From Mobula hypostoma (lineage: Eukaryota), in assembly GCF_963921235.1 (NCBI RefSeq), contig NC_086117.1, forward strand, positions 27,404,001-27,468,000: a DNA stretch of 64,000 bases, written 5' to 3'. The notes beneath the pieces are model-generated. The model was not told the origin of the DNA, did not search any database, and saw only the letters and a list, made by a program, of their open reading frames with translations. Positions 38,530 through 52,088 of this stretch are shown here, piece after piece. A program made the translations under genes and the position numbers. The first letter of the stretch is position 1; every line of letters starts with the position of its first letter.

Positions 38530-39100
38530 ATAGATACTTTATTGATAAAGAAAATTACACTGTCACAGTAGCATTACAAGTGCACAGATATACAAATATT
38601 AGAAGAGAAATATGAAAGAATAAAAATTACCTCAAACGGTCTAACAGGAGGGGAGTCATCATGTCCCCAGCTATAGGTTGACTCATAATAGAGCCTAATG
38701 GCTGAGGGTAAGAATGAGCTCATATAGCGCTCTTTGGATCAGCACAGTTGTCTTAGTCTATCACTAAAAGTGCTCCTCTGTTCAGCCAAGGTGGCATGCA
38801 GAGAGTGAGAAACATTGTCCAAAATTGCGAGTATTTTCCTTAGGGTCCTTTGTTCAGTGTCAGCCTCCAGTGTGTCCAGTTTGACTCCTATAACACAGCC
38901 AGCCTTTCTAATCAGTTTATTGAGCCTGTTGGCATCACCTGTGTTGATGCCATTGCCCCAGCACACCACCACATAGAAGATTGTACTGGGGCCAACAGAC
39001 TGGTAGAACATGTGAAGGGGAGGCCTGCGTACTCCAGAGGGCCTCGGTCTCCTCAGGAGGTAGAGGCGACTCTGGCCCTCTTGTACACAGCCACTATGGT
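38530..39100 (-). mobile_element. Rex1/L2-like LINE 3' end
   Basis: MFYQSVGPSTIFYVVVCWG...RLNKLIRKAG. Confidence 0.75.
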
Positions 39101-39929
39101 GTAGATAGAAGCTAGAATTAAGGAAAGCAATGAAGTCAGATGTACCTGTGTGAAAAGAACTTGCAAATGAAGCAGATATAATGGGGGTGGGGGTGGTGAA
39201 CTGGGAGAATGGAGAACCTGTAGCACTGGCCAGGGGTATAGCTGAGAGTGCCCTGGGAGTCCGTGACTTGCAATGGCTAACTTATCCTCTGAGAAGGAGA
39301 TGGAGGAAGAGAAGAGGAAAATCACAAATGGACCATGTAAAACTGTGGGCAGGGTGGAAACTGACAGTATAAACCCGAAGGGGTAAGATAAAGGAAATAG
39401 TAAATTTTACTGCTGAGAGACAGTGACCTAATTTTCTGTGGTGGGGTCAGATTCAGAATCAAACTGGTTTAATGTCATACACACCAGGGTGTAATGAAAT
39501 TCCTTGCTCGTCTGAAGCTCACGGTGTACGTGTTAATAATAAGTACAACAATCTCAGCCTCCAGAGCAGAACAACAGATTGGCGCAAAGATAGCGGTGCA
39601 GTGAGAAATGATAATATGACAATAACCGAATTACCGAGAGAGATAGAGTTCGAGGACGTGGCAGGTGGACGAGGGGAACTTTGGCCCACGCGAGATCGAG
39701 GTAAATTAGTCAGCCCGCCGCAATCCACCCTTTTCAGCCTTTTTGACGACCGCTGAATGAATGGGATGCTGGAAGTTGTGTGTGTAGGAGGTCAGGTCAG
39801 CAATTGACTCCTGGGGCGATGGAGGAACACAGCAGGTCAGCCAGCATCTACAGAGGGCACCCTGCCTGACCTCCTGCGTTCCCCCGGCGTTTTGTGTTTT
39901 ACTCCAGATTTCCAGCATCGACAGTACAG

Positions 39930-40066
39930 TATCTTCATCAGCACTTCCGCCTTGTGCCTTTCCCTTTAAATTGAACTCTCGCAGCGACATTAAGTAACGC
40001 GAGAGCAGGTTCGGGTATTACCCGGCATTCCGCGCTCTCGCCCTCTCTCTTTCTCTTCCCCCCGCC
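39930..40066 (+). promoter_or_regulatory. RPL7A: RPL7A promoter and 5' TOP tract
   Basis: CpG island ~39650-40640; ACTTCCG ETS/GABP-like site; pyrimidine tract ctctctctttctcttcccccc just before gccATG; YY1-type CCGCCATTTT in intron 1 (~40263). Confidence 0.85.
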
Positions 40067-40069
40067 ATG
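40067..40069 (+). CDS. RPL7A: RPL7A exon 1 (ATG only)
   Basis: gccATG|gtgagg; ATG-only first coding exon as in other vertebrate RPL7A genes. Confidence 0.92.
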
Positions 40070-41578
40070 GTGAGGCCGCGATCTTTCTTTGTACCGTTCC
40101 GAATCCGCCGCCATCGGCGCTTCCTTAGGCGCGTCGCCCTGTCTGGTGCCCCGATGTCCATCGGCAGGCTTCCCGCTCCACCCGCAGTCCGAAATTAGGA
40201 CGCGATGGTGTGGTGAAGATGAAGTTTGAGGGAGGTTTATGTTTAAATCGGGTTAGGGGGTACCGCCATTTTACAGTTGCGGATGGCCGGCTCCTGCCTG
40301 GAGCCCGGGGAAGGGTGGCTAACTCCTGCCCCAACCCGAGGTCCCGGAACGACCGTCTTATTTCCTTGCAGCTGTACCGCGTTTAGTGCAGGTCGAGTCT
40401 CGGTGTTTGCGCCGTGTCAGAAACTCCAAGCCCGCATTGCCCAGCGAGAGGGCCCGACGTTGCGGCGATAAGCAATTCAATTTAGTTCACGGTGAAGGGA
40501 ATAGTTATAAAGTGGGAATGGTTCATGGGGCCTGCGGGTCTGGTGCGTTGCACACGGGGAATCGCGTTGCACAGGTTCCTGGCAGCGGAGGGTGTTGCCA
40601 CAGGCGGTTGTTTCTCTGGTGAGGTGCCGCATGACGAGTAGAGTTGAATTGGATGGCATAAACACTGGTATTGTTAGTTTCTGGTAAGTTATCAGCTACT
40701 GTGATTTGCTTTTGATTGAGGAAAGGTTAATAGATGGCGTCCGGCAATTGGAATTGAGACCATTGGTATTTTTTGATTTTATAGCAATTGTCCAGCGTTG
40801 AGTGTAGGCCACAACATTTCTAGACTTGCTGGTAGTCAAAAATGCCATTGTGAACAATGTAGGTAGGAAGGAAGTTAATATCAACCTAGCGAAATGGACA
40901 GAAACGCATGAACTTTAATGCGTTTTGTACCAGTAAGCTAAAGCAATATGGAGGCTGCTGTTGTAGAAGGTGCAGGAACAGAACAAGCTGGAGGTCTGAG
41001 TACACGATGGTAAAAGTCAGGAGTGTGGTTGAGGAAGCAAGTGATAAGACGTTCAATTTTGGGCTTGTCAGCATTTATAACATCTTGTAGAGGTTTTAAA
41101 ATTTTGGTCTGGTATCTGGATTAGTGTTTTAATTTTGGTTGCTGCACAGGAAGGATGTGAAGGCTTTAAAGGTAATGCAGAAATGGATTTGTGTATCGTT
41201 CCTCCAATGGTTAGATTAGAGGGGCTGGTGTTTATTCTTCAGAATAGATAAGACATATGTTATTTGAGCAGTGGACCGAATGCATTATCTGAGTGTTATT
41301 ATCTTTGGGCTTGTAAAGAACTAGTGATAGGTTTCAGGGAACGAATGAAGAGAATAAGTGGGGGTGCAGTATCGGGTTAAATTTGGAATGCATCAGCTTC
41401 CATTGTGGTCTCTTGAGGGGGAATTGTGATAAACAGTGCACCAGAATGTATTGTGGTTGACTGCTGTGCTGTAATCGCTCCTAATGCCTCTGGAAGTCAA
41501 AGCCAATGAGCTGATTTGGATGGCTTTAGGTGTTGGTAAGCTTGCTGTATCATTATCTGTGATTTCTGCCTTTTTCAG

Positions 41579-41699
41579 CCAAAAGGGAAGAAAGCCAAGG
41601 GCAAGAAGGTGGCCCCGGCCCCTTCAGTTGTCAAGAAGCATGAGGTGAAAAAAGTCGTAAACCCTCTTTTTGAAAAGAGGCCCAAGAACTTTGGGATTG
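41579..41699 (+). CDS. RPL7A: 60S ribosomal protein L7a exon 2
   Basis: [40 protein letters not shown]; 121 nt, AG/GT. Confidence 0.98.
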
Positions 41700-42836
41700 G
41701 TGAGTTCTGCATTCAGTCAAAAAATCTTAAACACTGGGTAAGATTTGGGTGTGAATGGGAAACTTAAGAGCATTGACAGTGTTGAGCCAACCAAGATTAT
41801 TGCTTTTTAACCCATTTAGGCCTGTCTTTTCTGAAATCACCAATGTTTAATTGGGTTACCCGAATGGGATGCTTCTTTCTACTGAAGGTGGGAAAAGTTT
41901 GCAACTCATTCTGTGAATAAAAACTAGTCAGATTATGTTCTGGGCTGTTTTTGGTTACCTTGGTATTACAGGAATGAGCAGGTTAAGTAACACAAAATGT
42001 TGGAGGAACTCAGCAGGTTAGGCATCACCTTTGGAAATCAATAAACAGTGTTTTGGGCCAAGAACTTTCTTTGGGAGGTGCCAGTTTAAAAAGCTGGAGA
42101 GGATAGTTAGGAGATGATGTGGGTAGGAAAACAAATGGTTGGAGGGGAAGGAATCTGATGGGGAGAAGAGTGGTCAAGTCCTTATTGACTGTTGGAATAA
42201 ACATTCTGCTAGTAAAGCTGCTGGCTTTTTGGTCACACCTCCAGTCTTGGAAAGCGCCTAGTTATTGGCAGGGGTTAAATTGTAGTTGGAGTTAAGGGCA
42301 TCATTCAGTTTAAATTGAAATTTCATAATGTATATTTGCAGTAGTTGAAAGCTCATTGTGTCCTGCTGAAAGGTTTTGGCATGAAACATAGACTGTAATC
42401 TTTTTCAAGATGCTGCCTGGCCTGCTGAGTTCCTCCAGGACTTTGTGTGTGTTGCTTGGATTTCCAGCAGCTGCAGATTTTCTCTTGTTTGTTTGTCATT
42501 ATAATTTCTCCATGTTTTGATAGTAATTTGTTGTCTGTAAAAAGTTGCTTGTAAACCGGAGACATGGGTGGGTGAGGATATCTGAAACTGAAGACATTAA
42601 AGGTTTGAAGGCTTGTACTGATTTATTATTATACTGAGATACATTGAAAAGCTGGTCCATGCTGTTCGTACAGTGCAGTGAGATACAATGTGGTAAAACA
42701 ATGCAGAATAAAGTCTACAGAGAAAGGTAAATAAGGTGCATGATTGTAATTGGGTAGATTGAGGTCAGCTATCTCATCTGCTGGAGAGTGATGACAGGAC
42801 AGAAGCTGTCTCGAGCCTGGGTCAGATAATGCCTGA

Positions 42837-43109
<273 letters not shown>

Positions 43110-43274
43110 TAGTGTTATAAAAGGCTTTGAAAGATGCCAAAATGAATCGTGTCTGCTGCACATTGCTCTTCCCTTGCCTCAACGTGTGAATTGTTTCTGG
43201 GTCTTAAGGAAATTCTTTTTCCTGTTTTCTCAGAGCATGAGGGGAAGGGTCAGTAGGTTGGGAATCTCGGAGTT

Positions 43275-43348
43275 TGCAGATGATGTAAACAGAATATTTG
43301 CTATCTGAGTTTAACGGATGACATTTATCCACCAAGATCGCTGATGCA
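43275..43348 (+). ncRNA. SNORD24: Box C/D snoRNA U24, RPL7A intron 3
   Basis: TGCA terminal stem, C box ATGATGT, guide AATATTTGCTAT + D' CTGA, guide CCACCAAGATCG + D CTGA; matches vertebrate U24, a known RPL7A-hosted snoRNA. Confidence 0.95.
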
Positions 43349-43461
43349 CTCGAGTCCCTCTACCAGCAGCAGCTTGTGAAACTAACACTTGCTTCCTGCC
43401 CCCACATTCTCTGCCCCACTCCACCCAAAATATCCTGGTTAATGACGATTCATTTTTGCAG

Positions 43462-43602
43462 CCACCCAGCTCTTCAAATTGGCACACAAGTACAGGCCCG
43501 AGACTAAACAAGAGAAGAAGCAAAGGTTGCTGGCCCGGGCTGAGCAGAAGGCGGCTGGGAAAGCTGACGCTCCCACAAAGAGACCTGCTGTTCTCAGAGC
43601 CG
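43462..43602 (+). CDS. RPL7A: RPL7A exon 4
   Basis: [47 protein letters not shown]; 141 nt. Confidence 0.98.
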
Positions 43603-44286
43603 GTAAGATGGGTTCCCTGCTTGCTTAACTTGAACTGGCGACGCAGACTCGATGGGCCAGGTGGCTGCTATATCTTGTGGTCTAACTTGTAGTTGACATT
43701 GGATATAGAAGTGAATGGCATTCTTGACTAAGGTGTGAGAGGATTGACACTAGTTCACTTGCCTTTCAGTTAGAATAGTTAGAGGGATATTATTGACTAG
43801 TATTGGGTATGGTGATGCGATTTCAGGGAGTTGCTTACAGTTAATAGCCATTGTGTACCTTTTATGGTGGACCTGACTTAATTCTTTGTAAGCTCAGCTT
43901 CTCGTGCAGCTTCTCTATTATTCCCTGACAATTCCAGTGCACTCTTCCGCTGGTTATCTTCAGTGAGCTTCCTCATTTATTTGTTCTTGTGCCCTAATCT
44001 GTATTACTGTGTTCAACCACCACCTCTGTGCTTTTGGACTTGCTCTGGTTGATGTTCTTAATTTTGTTAGGATCCCTCCAACACCTGTCTCTGGTCCTCA
44101 ACCATTCTAACTTTGTCTCTGGTTCTCTAAATCCACCAACTGCAGTGCATTTACTATTGATGACTTGGGGTTGTATTCCTAGGCTCTGCATTGGTGCTAA
44201 GGAAAGTTTACTGTTTTAATCTTTGCTTTTAAGTTCTGTTGCAGTCTCCCTCCAATCTCATTCTTGTGATAACAAATTGGCTAATG

Positions 44287-44362
44287 TTGCAATGATGTTT
44301 GAATTTCTTCACCTGAAGTTCAGCATGTAGATCAAACAAACGAGCTTTTTAACACTGAGCAA
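44287..44362 (+). ncRNA. SNORD36: Box C/D snoRNA U36, RPL7A intron 4
   Basis: TTGC/GCAA stem, C box ATGATGT, 28S guide TTGAATTTCTTCAC + CTGA, 18S guide GAGCTTTTTAAC + CTGA. Confidence 0.94.
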
Positions 44363-44454
44363 CAAGCCATGGGTCTTCTCTCTCGCCTTCCTTGTGGATT
44401 GAGGATTTTTGTTTTCTAAGGGATTTGGGGATACAAGCAGCAGTTAAATGTATA

Positions 44455-44919
44455 CGAGGGGTGATTGAGAAGTTCATGGCCTACAGTAGAAAGAATGAAT
44501 TTTAGAAAACCTAGCACATTTATTTTTCAACATAGTCCCCTCCTACATTTACACACCTAGTCCAGTGGTCGTGGAGCATACGTATCTTGGACCTCCAGAA
44601 AGTGTCCACGGCAGGGGTGATTGATAGGTTCGTGGCCTGGAGACGAGTTATACAGCTCTTGTTACAGGCATGTGCAGTTCAACTCTTTGAGTGATTATGC
44701 AGAAAGTTTGAAGTTAAAAACTCATCTCCTTCTACCTTAGGCCACGAACTTATCAATCACCCCTGCTGTGGACACTTCCTGGAGGTCCATGATCCGTATG
44801 TTCCATGACCACTGGACTAAGTATGTAAAAGTACGAGGAGACTATGTTGAAAAATAAATGTGCTAGGTTTTCTAAAATTGACTCCTACCTTAGGCCACAA
44901 ACTTGACAATCATCTCTGG
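44455..44919. mobile_element. Mariner-derived fold-back MITE in RPL7A intron 4
   Basis: TA-flanked; ~170-bp inverted arms containing a mariner transposase C-terminus remnant (GDYVEK*) and a second, internal TIR pair. Confidence 0.85.
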
Positions 44920-44965
44920 TAACTAATTGGTGCAGAAAGACTGGACGATTTTGTTGTATACCTGA

Positions 44966-45103
<138 letters not shown>

Positions 45104-45473
45104 TAAATCTAGACCCAATTTGGGCGCCAGGCATAACTATACTGATGACTTCATGCTGCTGGAGATTTTCCCATCTGAGGTGATGGCAAAGCTGTTTCAG
45201 AGATGGGCAATCTTTCATTATTTACGGAGGGGCTTTCTTCGATCATCAAGGCTGCTCTGCCCTACACAAAGGATGATCTTACTCCTTGTGTCTCTATTTG
45301 TTGAGACTGGGATGAAGATGTTCTCAGTTTTGTTCCTTGTATTTGACCAAGCCAAATTCATAGATTGTGCATACTGGGAGCTGGAAGGTCATCATTGTTG
45401 GTGTGGCATGGGGGCTTGACTGGGTCATCAAAATCTCTGCTTCCCTATTCATCTGTTATGCATCAGCCTGGCT

Positions 45474-45552
45474 AATGTGATGATGAATTTGAATTTCTTC
45501 ACCTGAAGTTCAGTGTGTAGATCAGAGAAACGAGCTTTTTAACCCTGAGCAT
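45474..45552 (+). ncRNA. SNORD36: Box C/D snoRNA U36, RPL7A intron 5
   Basis: C box RTGATGA, both guides, D box CTGA at 45545-45548; external stem cagcctggct/agccaaggctg. Confidence 0.94.
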
Positions 45553-45981
45553 CAAGCCAAGGCTGTGCTGTATATCTGATTCAGAGGGACCTTCCCTTTC
45601 TTCCTAAACCTTATTTGTTCAGTGTTCCTTCCAGTAGTTTGGAATGAGAGAATTTTCAATTGAAATAAATCCCAGACACTTGTAGCAATGTGTGGGTGAA
45701 ATGAGAAGTGTCAGTGTGTCAACTTGGTGCTTAAATTCCAAATTCCCACATGGTTCCTGCCTTCCCTGTTCCCAATTTCTTGTTCCTTTATTGCTAGGCA
45801 TTTCGCTGCCTGAGCCTTGGGTGTAGCTTAAGCTTAATAGCTGAGTTCACTTTAAAACACACCAATTACGCTAAAGGGTTTGACTTTGATAATTTTCTGT
45901 GAAATAGAATCTTTTGTGTAAGAGTTGATTAGTCAAGCCAGTACTAATCTCCATTTTCCACTTCCCTGATGCCGCCTCCAG

Positions 45982-46112
45982 TTGGTTGTGTTCCTGCCTG
46001 CCCTCTGCCGTAAGATGGGAGTTCCTTATTGCATTGTCAAAGGCAAAGCCAGACTGGGGCGTCTTGTGCACAGGAAGACTGCCAGCTGCCTCGCTTTTGC
46101 ACAACTAAACCC
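45982..46112 (+). CDS. RPL7A: RPL7A exon 6
   Basis: [44 protein letters not shown]; 131 nt. Confidence 0.98.
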
Positions 46113-46416
46113 GTGAGTAACCTGTCTATTACTGACGATTGGGAGTGGTGTGTCACTTGATCTGTTTACTGTGTTTTCATGTTGATCAGTCAGCAAGAGC
46201 TGATCTAATAGTATTTCCAGCATTTGGTGTGATGGTGGGGTAGAGTCCTTTGCAGTTCTTGACCTATTGGTAATGAAGTAAAAATGAATATTGAAAACAA
46301 TGCCAGAAGGCTTCTTTGAGGGCACCGGCTCTTTGGGGTTTGATTCTCCTCTCCGTTGGCATATAGTACATTAAACCAGGGTGTACAGCTACTTCCTCTA
46401 GCTGGGCTGAACCAAG

Positions 46417-46490
46417 AATGCAATGATGTGCAATGAATTTCTTCACCTGAATAACCATGTGGTATTTTGAGCTTTTTAACCCTGAGCATT
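46417..46490 (+). ncRNA. SNORD36: Box C/D snoRNA U36, RPL7A intron 6
   Basis: AATGC/GCATT stem extended by tgaaccaa/ttggttca; C box ATGATGT; both guides; D box CTGA. Confidence 0.94.
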
Positions 46491-46565
46491 TGGTTCATTC
46501 AAATGCCTTTCCTAGTGCTCTCATATGTTCCAGAAAATAATGTTTATTTGTCTTCCCACCCCCAG

Positions 46566-46635
46566 TGAGGACAAGGGTGCAATTGCCAAGCTGATAGAGG
46601 CTGTGCGGACAAACTACAATGAGCGATATGATGAG
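46566..46635 (+). CDS. RPL7A: RPL7A exon 7
   Basis: [23 protein letters not shown]; 70 nt. Confidence 0.98.
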
Positions 46636-47033
46636 GTATGATCCTGGCTCTGCATCTTTACATTTGGTTATTTTCCCATGGGAAGTTGTCTCCCAGAATG
46701 CATTGAAGAGACAAATATTAGCTGAATAATCTTAAACTACCTGTAGGATGGGGATGATTGAGTATCCCTGCCTTGTGTGCAAGGGTTGCAGATAAGAGAG
46801 TCCTGGAATATAATGGTTGGAAGAGGTGTGATTGTTAGGAGCCCAATTACTATCAGCTGAGTAACTGGGACATGAAAGACTATCTTGTCTTTTGGACAAA
46901 GTCAGACTTTAACTGTAGACCCATAAGAGGGGTGGTGGTTATCCTGTGTGAATCCTGATAGATCTCTGGATCTTTCTGGGATGATGAGGCTAGTAGGACC
47001 AGTGTAGTGTCTGCAGAGAAGTTTGGTGCATGA

Positions 47034-47171
<138 letters not shown>

Positions 47172-47199
47172 ATTGTGTCGACTGTGCCCATTGTACATA

Positions 47200-47205
47200 A
47201 ATAAA
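47200..47205 (+). terminator. RPL7A polyadenylation signal
   Basis: AATAAA 28 nt after the stop codon. Confidence 0.85.
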
Positions 47206-48059
47206 AGTAGTCATATTTTAACTTTTGAATTGAGACTATCTTGTTGAACTGAGCTCAGTCTTGGGTATACTATAACTATACAATTTGCCTACTTTCCCTT
47301 TTTACACCTGATTAATGTTTATGAAGATTTGTGGTTCATTGTACTGTTGCATAAACATTGCAGCCATCTGCACTTTCACCTTGGTCTTAATCAGGTCAGT
47401 CATCAAGGAAGCCTACTTCCTTAGCTTCTGTTTTTGCTGTTTGTGTTCCTACTTCAACTGAAGTTGAAGCACATTTTGATGAAGACTCAAGTTTAAGTAC
47501 ATTTTGGAAGTGTTGAGGAAACATGGCATTTTCATAAGAGTATTTGAATACTAGAGACTTGGATTAAATATCAACACTTGAATAGGTTTCTTTGTGATTG
47601 ATTTTGTTGCAGGTCTAATGAGTTGACATAACTGCATTTAGCTACTTCATACTGGAGTACCAGATTCAAAAATTTTACTACTGTAATTTAAAGGATATTG
47701 GCATTATGGCAGGTAAACGCAGCACCGGCTATTACCCTGCCCAAAGTTCTCCAGTTACGTCACCATTCCTGGTAACTAGGTTTCCTTCCATGTAGCAAAG
47801 ATGTGCTGCTGGGTTAATGGGACTAATAAAGGATGTTGACATTGCTGGGAATGAACAGTGGATGGAATGATTTGATACATTTTCCTATAGTTTTTGATCC
47901 CTGATGTAAACTTTGGAGTTCTGTGCCAAATAATGTTCAACTAAAAGGTAGTCTGATGCATTGATGTCTATCTTCAAGGCATTGGGAAGATGACACCAAT
48001 TCTTGCCAGTGCAAATCCTTAGTCCACTACCAAGTTGGATTCTTTTTGGTGTGTGCATG

Positions 48060-48278
48060 CATCCGTGATGATGTCTTTCATGACTTACAAGGCACGGAGA
48101 GAGACTGGCGTGCCACTCCTCACAGACATTTTCGCAGTATTTTCCCTTTATTTTACGAGGTCGAGTTGCAATCTTGACACTCAACCCAGCACAGATGGAA
48201 AGCGGACCCGACTAGTTTTGAACCTGGGAACCTCTGCTCCTGGGTCTGGCACTAATGTCATTGCGCCACCAGCTGGCT
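48060..48278 (-). mobile_element. tRNA-derived SINE
   Basis: Minus strand has A box tggcgcaatg and B box ggttcaaaac followed by a SINE-like body. Confidence 0.55.
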
Positions 48279-48646
48279 TAGGGTTGGATTATTCTTAAAA
48301 TCTTACGTGGAAAGATTACTAACAAATATCTACTTGAAAAAGATACCAGGATGGTTTTTTTTTTGTCAAATTTGGACTCGGTGATGCCTGGAAATTGATC
48401 TTTGGCTCCTTAAAAGAATTGGTTGCTGTTCTGGGAGCCTCCATGTTACCTAGCACCTTTCTTGTCCATGGTTCCCACAGTTGCCTCATTAGCCATCTTA
48501 ATCAGTTATAGTGGAAGCAACTCATTGACAAGCCGGAGGGTAATTGCAGTTGGAGAAACTAATTTTATTGGAAATATTAAGTGTGATTAATTGTAACATT
48601 TCCATTGGAAGAACCTGGCAAGTAGAATGGAATGCCAAGCCAGCTC

Positions 48647-48713
48647 TTAGGCAGGGATTTTCCGGATGAACTTCTGGAACCACATATAGGAGGTAGCTGC
48701 ACAAAGTCCATAC
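48647..48713 (-). CDS. SURF1: SURF1 exon 9 (TM2, stop)
   Basis: YGLCAATSYMWFQKFIRKIPA*; total CDS 894 nt = 297 aa; minus-strand AATAAA at 48564-48569. Confidence 0.96.
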
Positions 48714-49269
48714 CTTTCAAATAAAGAAAAGATTGATAGAAATGAGAGGACAACAGGTTGAAGGTCTAATGATGGATTACTGATGAGGTGTTTAACGGCA
48801 CAGACATGGAGATGTTCCCACTTGTTGGGAAAAGGAAATTTAAGGAAGAAATATCAGTCAAATCAATAGTGAACCTAAAAAGGAACTTTCTTTTCTTCAA
48901 CACATTGGGAAAAGGAATTTTCTTTTCTTCAAACCACCCCCCCCCCAAAAAAAAAGACTAGTAAGAACTTAATGACAAAATGCTGGAGAGACTCAGTAAG
49001 TTAGGCAGTGTCTGGTGGAGAAATTGATCTTTTGGGTCAAAACCCTTCATCAGGACTATGGGGGGCGGGGGAAGGAATGCAAGCTTGCAGGTTATAGGTG
49101 AAAGGTGATCCTATACCCTAAAAGTCAGACCTCCCAGTAACTATTCTGGTAACCTCTGTACTTTTAGGCCATTCAGTATCTACAACTGAAAAGATCAGCA
49201 CTTGCAATATCTTTGATTGAGATTAGCCCTTTGATGGAGACTCAACCTAGGCTAACAGTCATGGTCTTA

Positions 49270-49404
<135 letters not shown>

Positions 49405-51087
49405 TCAGATCATCTTAGGTGCACCACCAGCCATCAAGTAGTCTTTAATTTCATCAGAGACTGACTGAGAAAGGAATCCTGCTGCCCCTGGGCTGCCACC
49501 ATTACTGTCACCCACACCATCCTGCTGGGCTGTTTCCCATCCCACCAGTCAGTGATAAGTTCACGTTGGTCCATTTTGTGAGGAGGAACAAAGAGGCCCC
49601 ATTTGCTTTTAATAGTGATGGGAAGCAGAGGTCCTCCAAGTACAGATACACAAATCATTAAATGAGCAAAGCAAGGGCTTAAAGGGGCATGGGTTCCTTT
49701 TTTAAGAGGGATATAATTAAATAAGGGAAAAGTTATGTTCAGTCAGTACAGAATCTTGGGTGAGATTGCAGGAGTATTTTGAAAAGCTGGCCATCACAAT
49801 GTTTAAAAAATAAGAGAAACTGGAAAAAGTGCAAGAGAGATTTATTATGATGAAGACACCAGCACTGACAAGAGTTCAGGATGCACTGAGATTACTTGGA
49901 CTCTCTTCTCGCAAAGACTGATGGTATTACGATGGTGGTCTTAAAATCATGAAGTAATTTGTGGAGATGTTGGAGGCAAAGGTTGTCTTTACATGAGTGA
50001 GACGAAACAAAAATAAAACATCCACCAATCCCACTGGTGATGTAGAAGAACATATCTTCATCATTAAATGAAGGGAATGTGCAAATCTCTACTTCCCAGA
50101 CTGGGTGAGGTGAAATGCATAGATGTATTTGGGTGCTTTATAGGGGAAAGGAAAAGGACTTTTTGATGTGATGTGGAGCCGAAACTCTGGCAAGAACCAG
50201 TTGAGCTAAATGGCTGTGAATTCTATGGTCCCACTTGACAATTCCATTAGATGCAGGATGAAGCAAATGTGGGGCCCATAGCGCACAGCAGATTTAACAG
50301 CAAAACAACAAGGAAACATAGCCGACACACATTCACACCTTGATACCCATCACAATCTCGCTCGCAGTTGAAGAATAGGTGGCTCTATCTGTTCAGGTGA
50401 AATGACTGGCAGGGCTTTTGATGGGCGAGGTGAGTGGCAGCAGGGCTTCTACATCGAGGGGCAACCGCAAAGGTAGACTGGAGCTGATCAGGCCTGGTAC
50501 CTACCCACCTAGGCCATTCACAGCCAGCGTAACTGTGTGATCAGCCGGACGGAGGAGGAGGAGGGGGTGTTCTGTGCTGCTCTCAGCAATATCAAAGACA
50601 GCCACATCCCAAAGGAAAAACATTAAAGGAAGAAAATCACGTGTCATCAAAACTTAAGGCTACCCGAAGCTCTTGTGAATGTCATTTTTGTAAAGTAATT
50701 GGTGCACTGCAAGCTCTGACAAACATCAATATCAGAATGACAAGGTCGTTTGTAGGGATAAATAGTAGCCATGGTCTCCAAGAAATACTTGTCTCTTGAA
50801 TGTGGAGTCTGGGCAACAATAGTGAATACCTGACATTAATACTTCTGTCTAGGCTGAAGCTCTCCCTCAGTCCACCTCCCTTTGACAGTACAGCACTGCC
50901 TCCTTTTACCTCTTTCACAATCTGGTGCTCCCTTCAGACTGTGGTTCCAACAGGGCAGCATTCACACAAAACTCCACTCCCAAATGCGCCTTCCCCAACA
51001 GAAAGCAGAGAAGAGCTCCCCGAGTCCTGCCCCAGTGACAGACAACACTGAGAGATTTGCCTAATAGCTCGTGACCAACATGCTTAC

Positions 51088-51250
51088 CAAAGTCCGCATC
51101 AATGAGGATGGGCTCCGTGTTAGCAATCCGTGCCATTGCCTCTAAGTCCCGGTAATGCCAGCAGTTCTTCTCAACGTCGTTCTGAGGGGTGAACGGTTTG
51201 CGCGTTTCAGACAGTCGAATGACCCCAACCAGATCCACCTCATCTGTAAT
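51088..51250 (-). CDS. SURF1: SURF1 exon 7
   Basis: [54 protein letters not shown]; 163 nt. Confidence 0.97.
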
Positions 51251-51524
51251 CTGGCAGAGTCAACACATGAATTCCTGAGGATGTGCTTCACAGCTCTTCA
51301 TAGTTACAGAGCCAAGCTAATGATTTTTCACTGCCGCTGTAGAGAGGGTCCCATTAATAGCCACCCTGTCCACCGGCAGTCTACAATTTGGGCCTAGCTT
51401 CCTTGACCTCATGGCCATGCAAAGTCCTGTGGGGAAGGACAGTAGTCTGGAGTTCTGCTACTGGACTTTGAAGGGCTCTGTCTGTTGGGGAAGTGTCTAT
51501 CACCCCAGGGGGCATCACGAGTGG

Positions 51525-51750
51525 CACTGGCAACGCCCAGCAATTCCCCAATTGAACCCTAGCCTAATCTCAGGACAATTTACAATGACCAATTAGCCTA
51601 CCAACTATGGGAGGAAACCAGAGCACCCGGAGGAAACCCACGCGGTCACGGGGAGAATGTACCCAATCCTTACAGGCAGCGGCGGGAATTGAACCTTGAT
51701 TACCCATGCTGGAAAGAGTTGTGCTAACCACTACGCTACTCTGCCACCTT
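51525..51750 (-). mobile_element. tRNA-derived V-SINE/HE1-type SINE
   Basis: A box gtagcgtagtgg, B box ggttcaattcc, core gtgggtttcctccgggtgctctggtttcctccca; related copies at ~35420-35650, 56830-57160, 63085-63240 and 63480-63700. Confidence 0.8.
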
Positions 51751-52015
51751 GACGTAAACAATGTTAACATTACTTTATGTATTGACACTAATAATATTTT
51801 GAAATAAAAATATGGTCACAAAAAAAAATCAAACTTTATTCATAATAAAGGAGAAATAATTCCCAAATCTGGACTCTCTCTGCTGGCCAGAGGGGACCCT
51901 TTATATCTCCACTGGTTAAAGGTCCTCAGCGGAGTCCATCGACCCACTGAATCCCCTCCCATCGAGGTTTCTACCCAGCCCCCGATACTCCTTTAACGCT
52001 CCACCTGCTCCTCAC

Positions 52016-52088
52016 CTGTCCTTTTGTCCTCGTGTCCGGATTGATCTTCCTCTTGGGTACAAAGCCCCTGTTCACAAGAATTCGCACT
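52016..52088 (-). CDS. SURF1: SURF1 exon 6
   Basis: VRILVNRGFVPKRKINPDTRTKGQ; 73 nt. Confidence 0.97.

Noticed and set aside
42787-42836. GTGATGA...CTGA as an extra snoRNA in RPL7A intron 2
   Set aside because: Too short, no terminal stem or rRNA guide, and lies in a decayed LINE 3' fragment.
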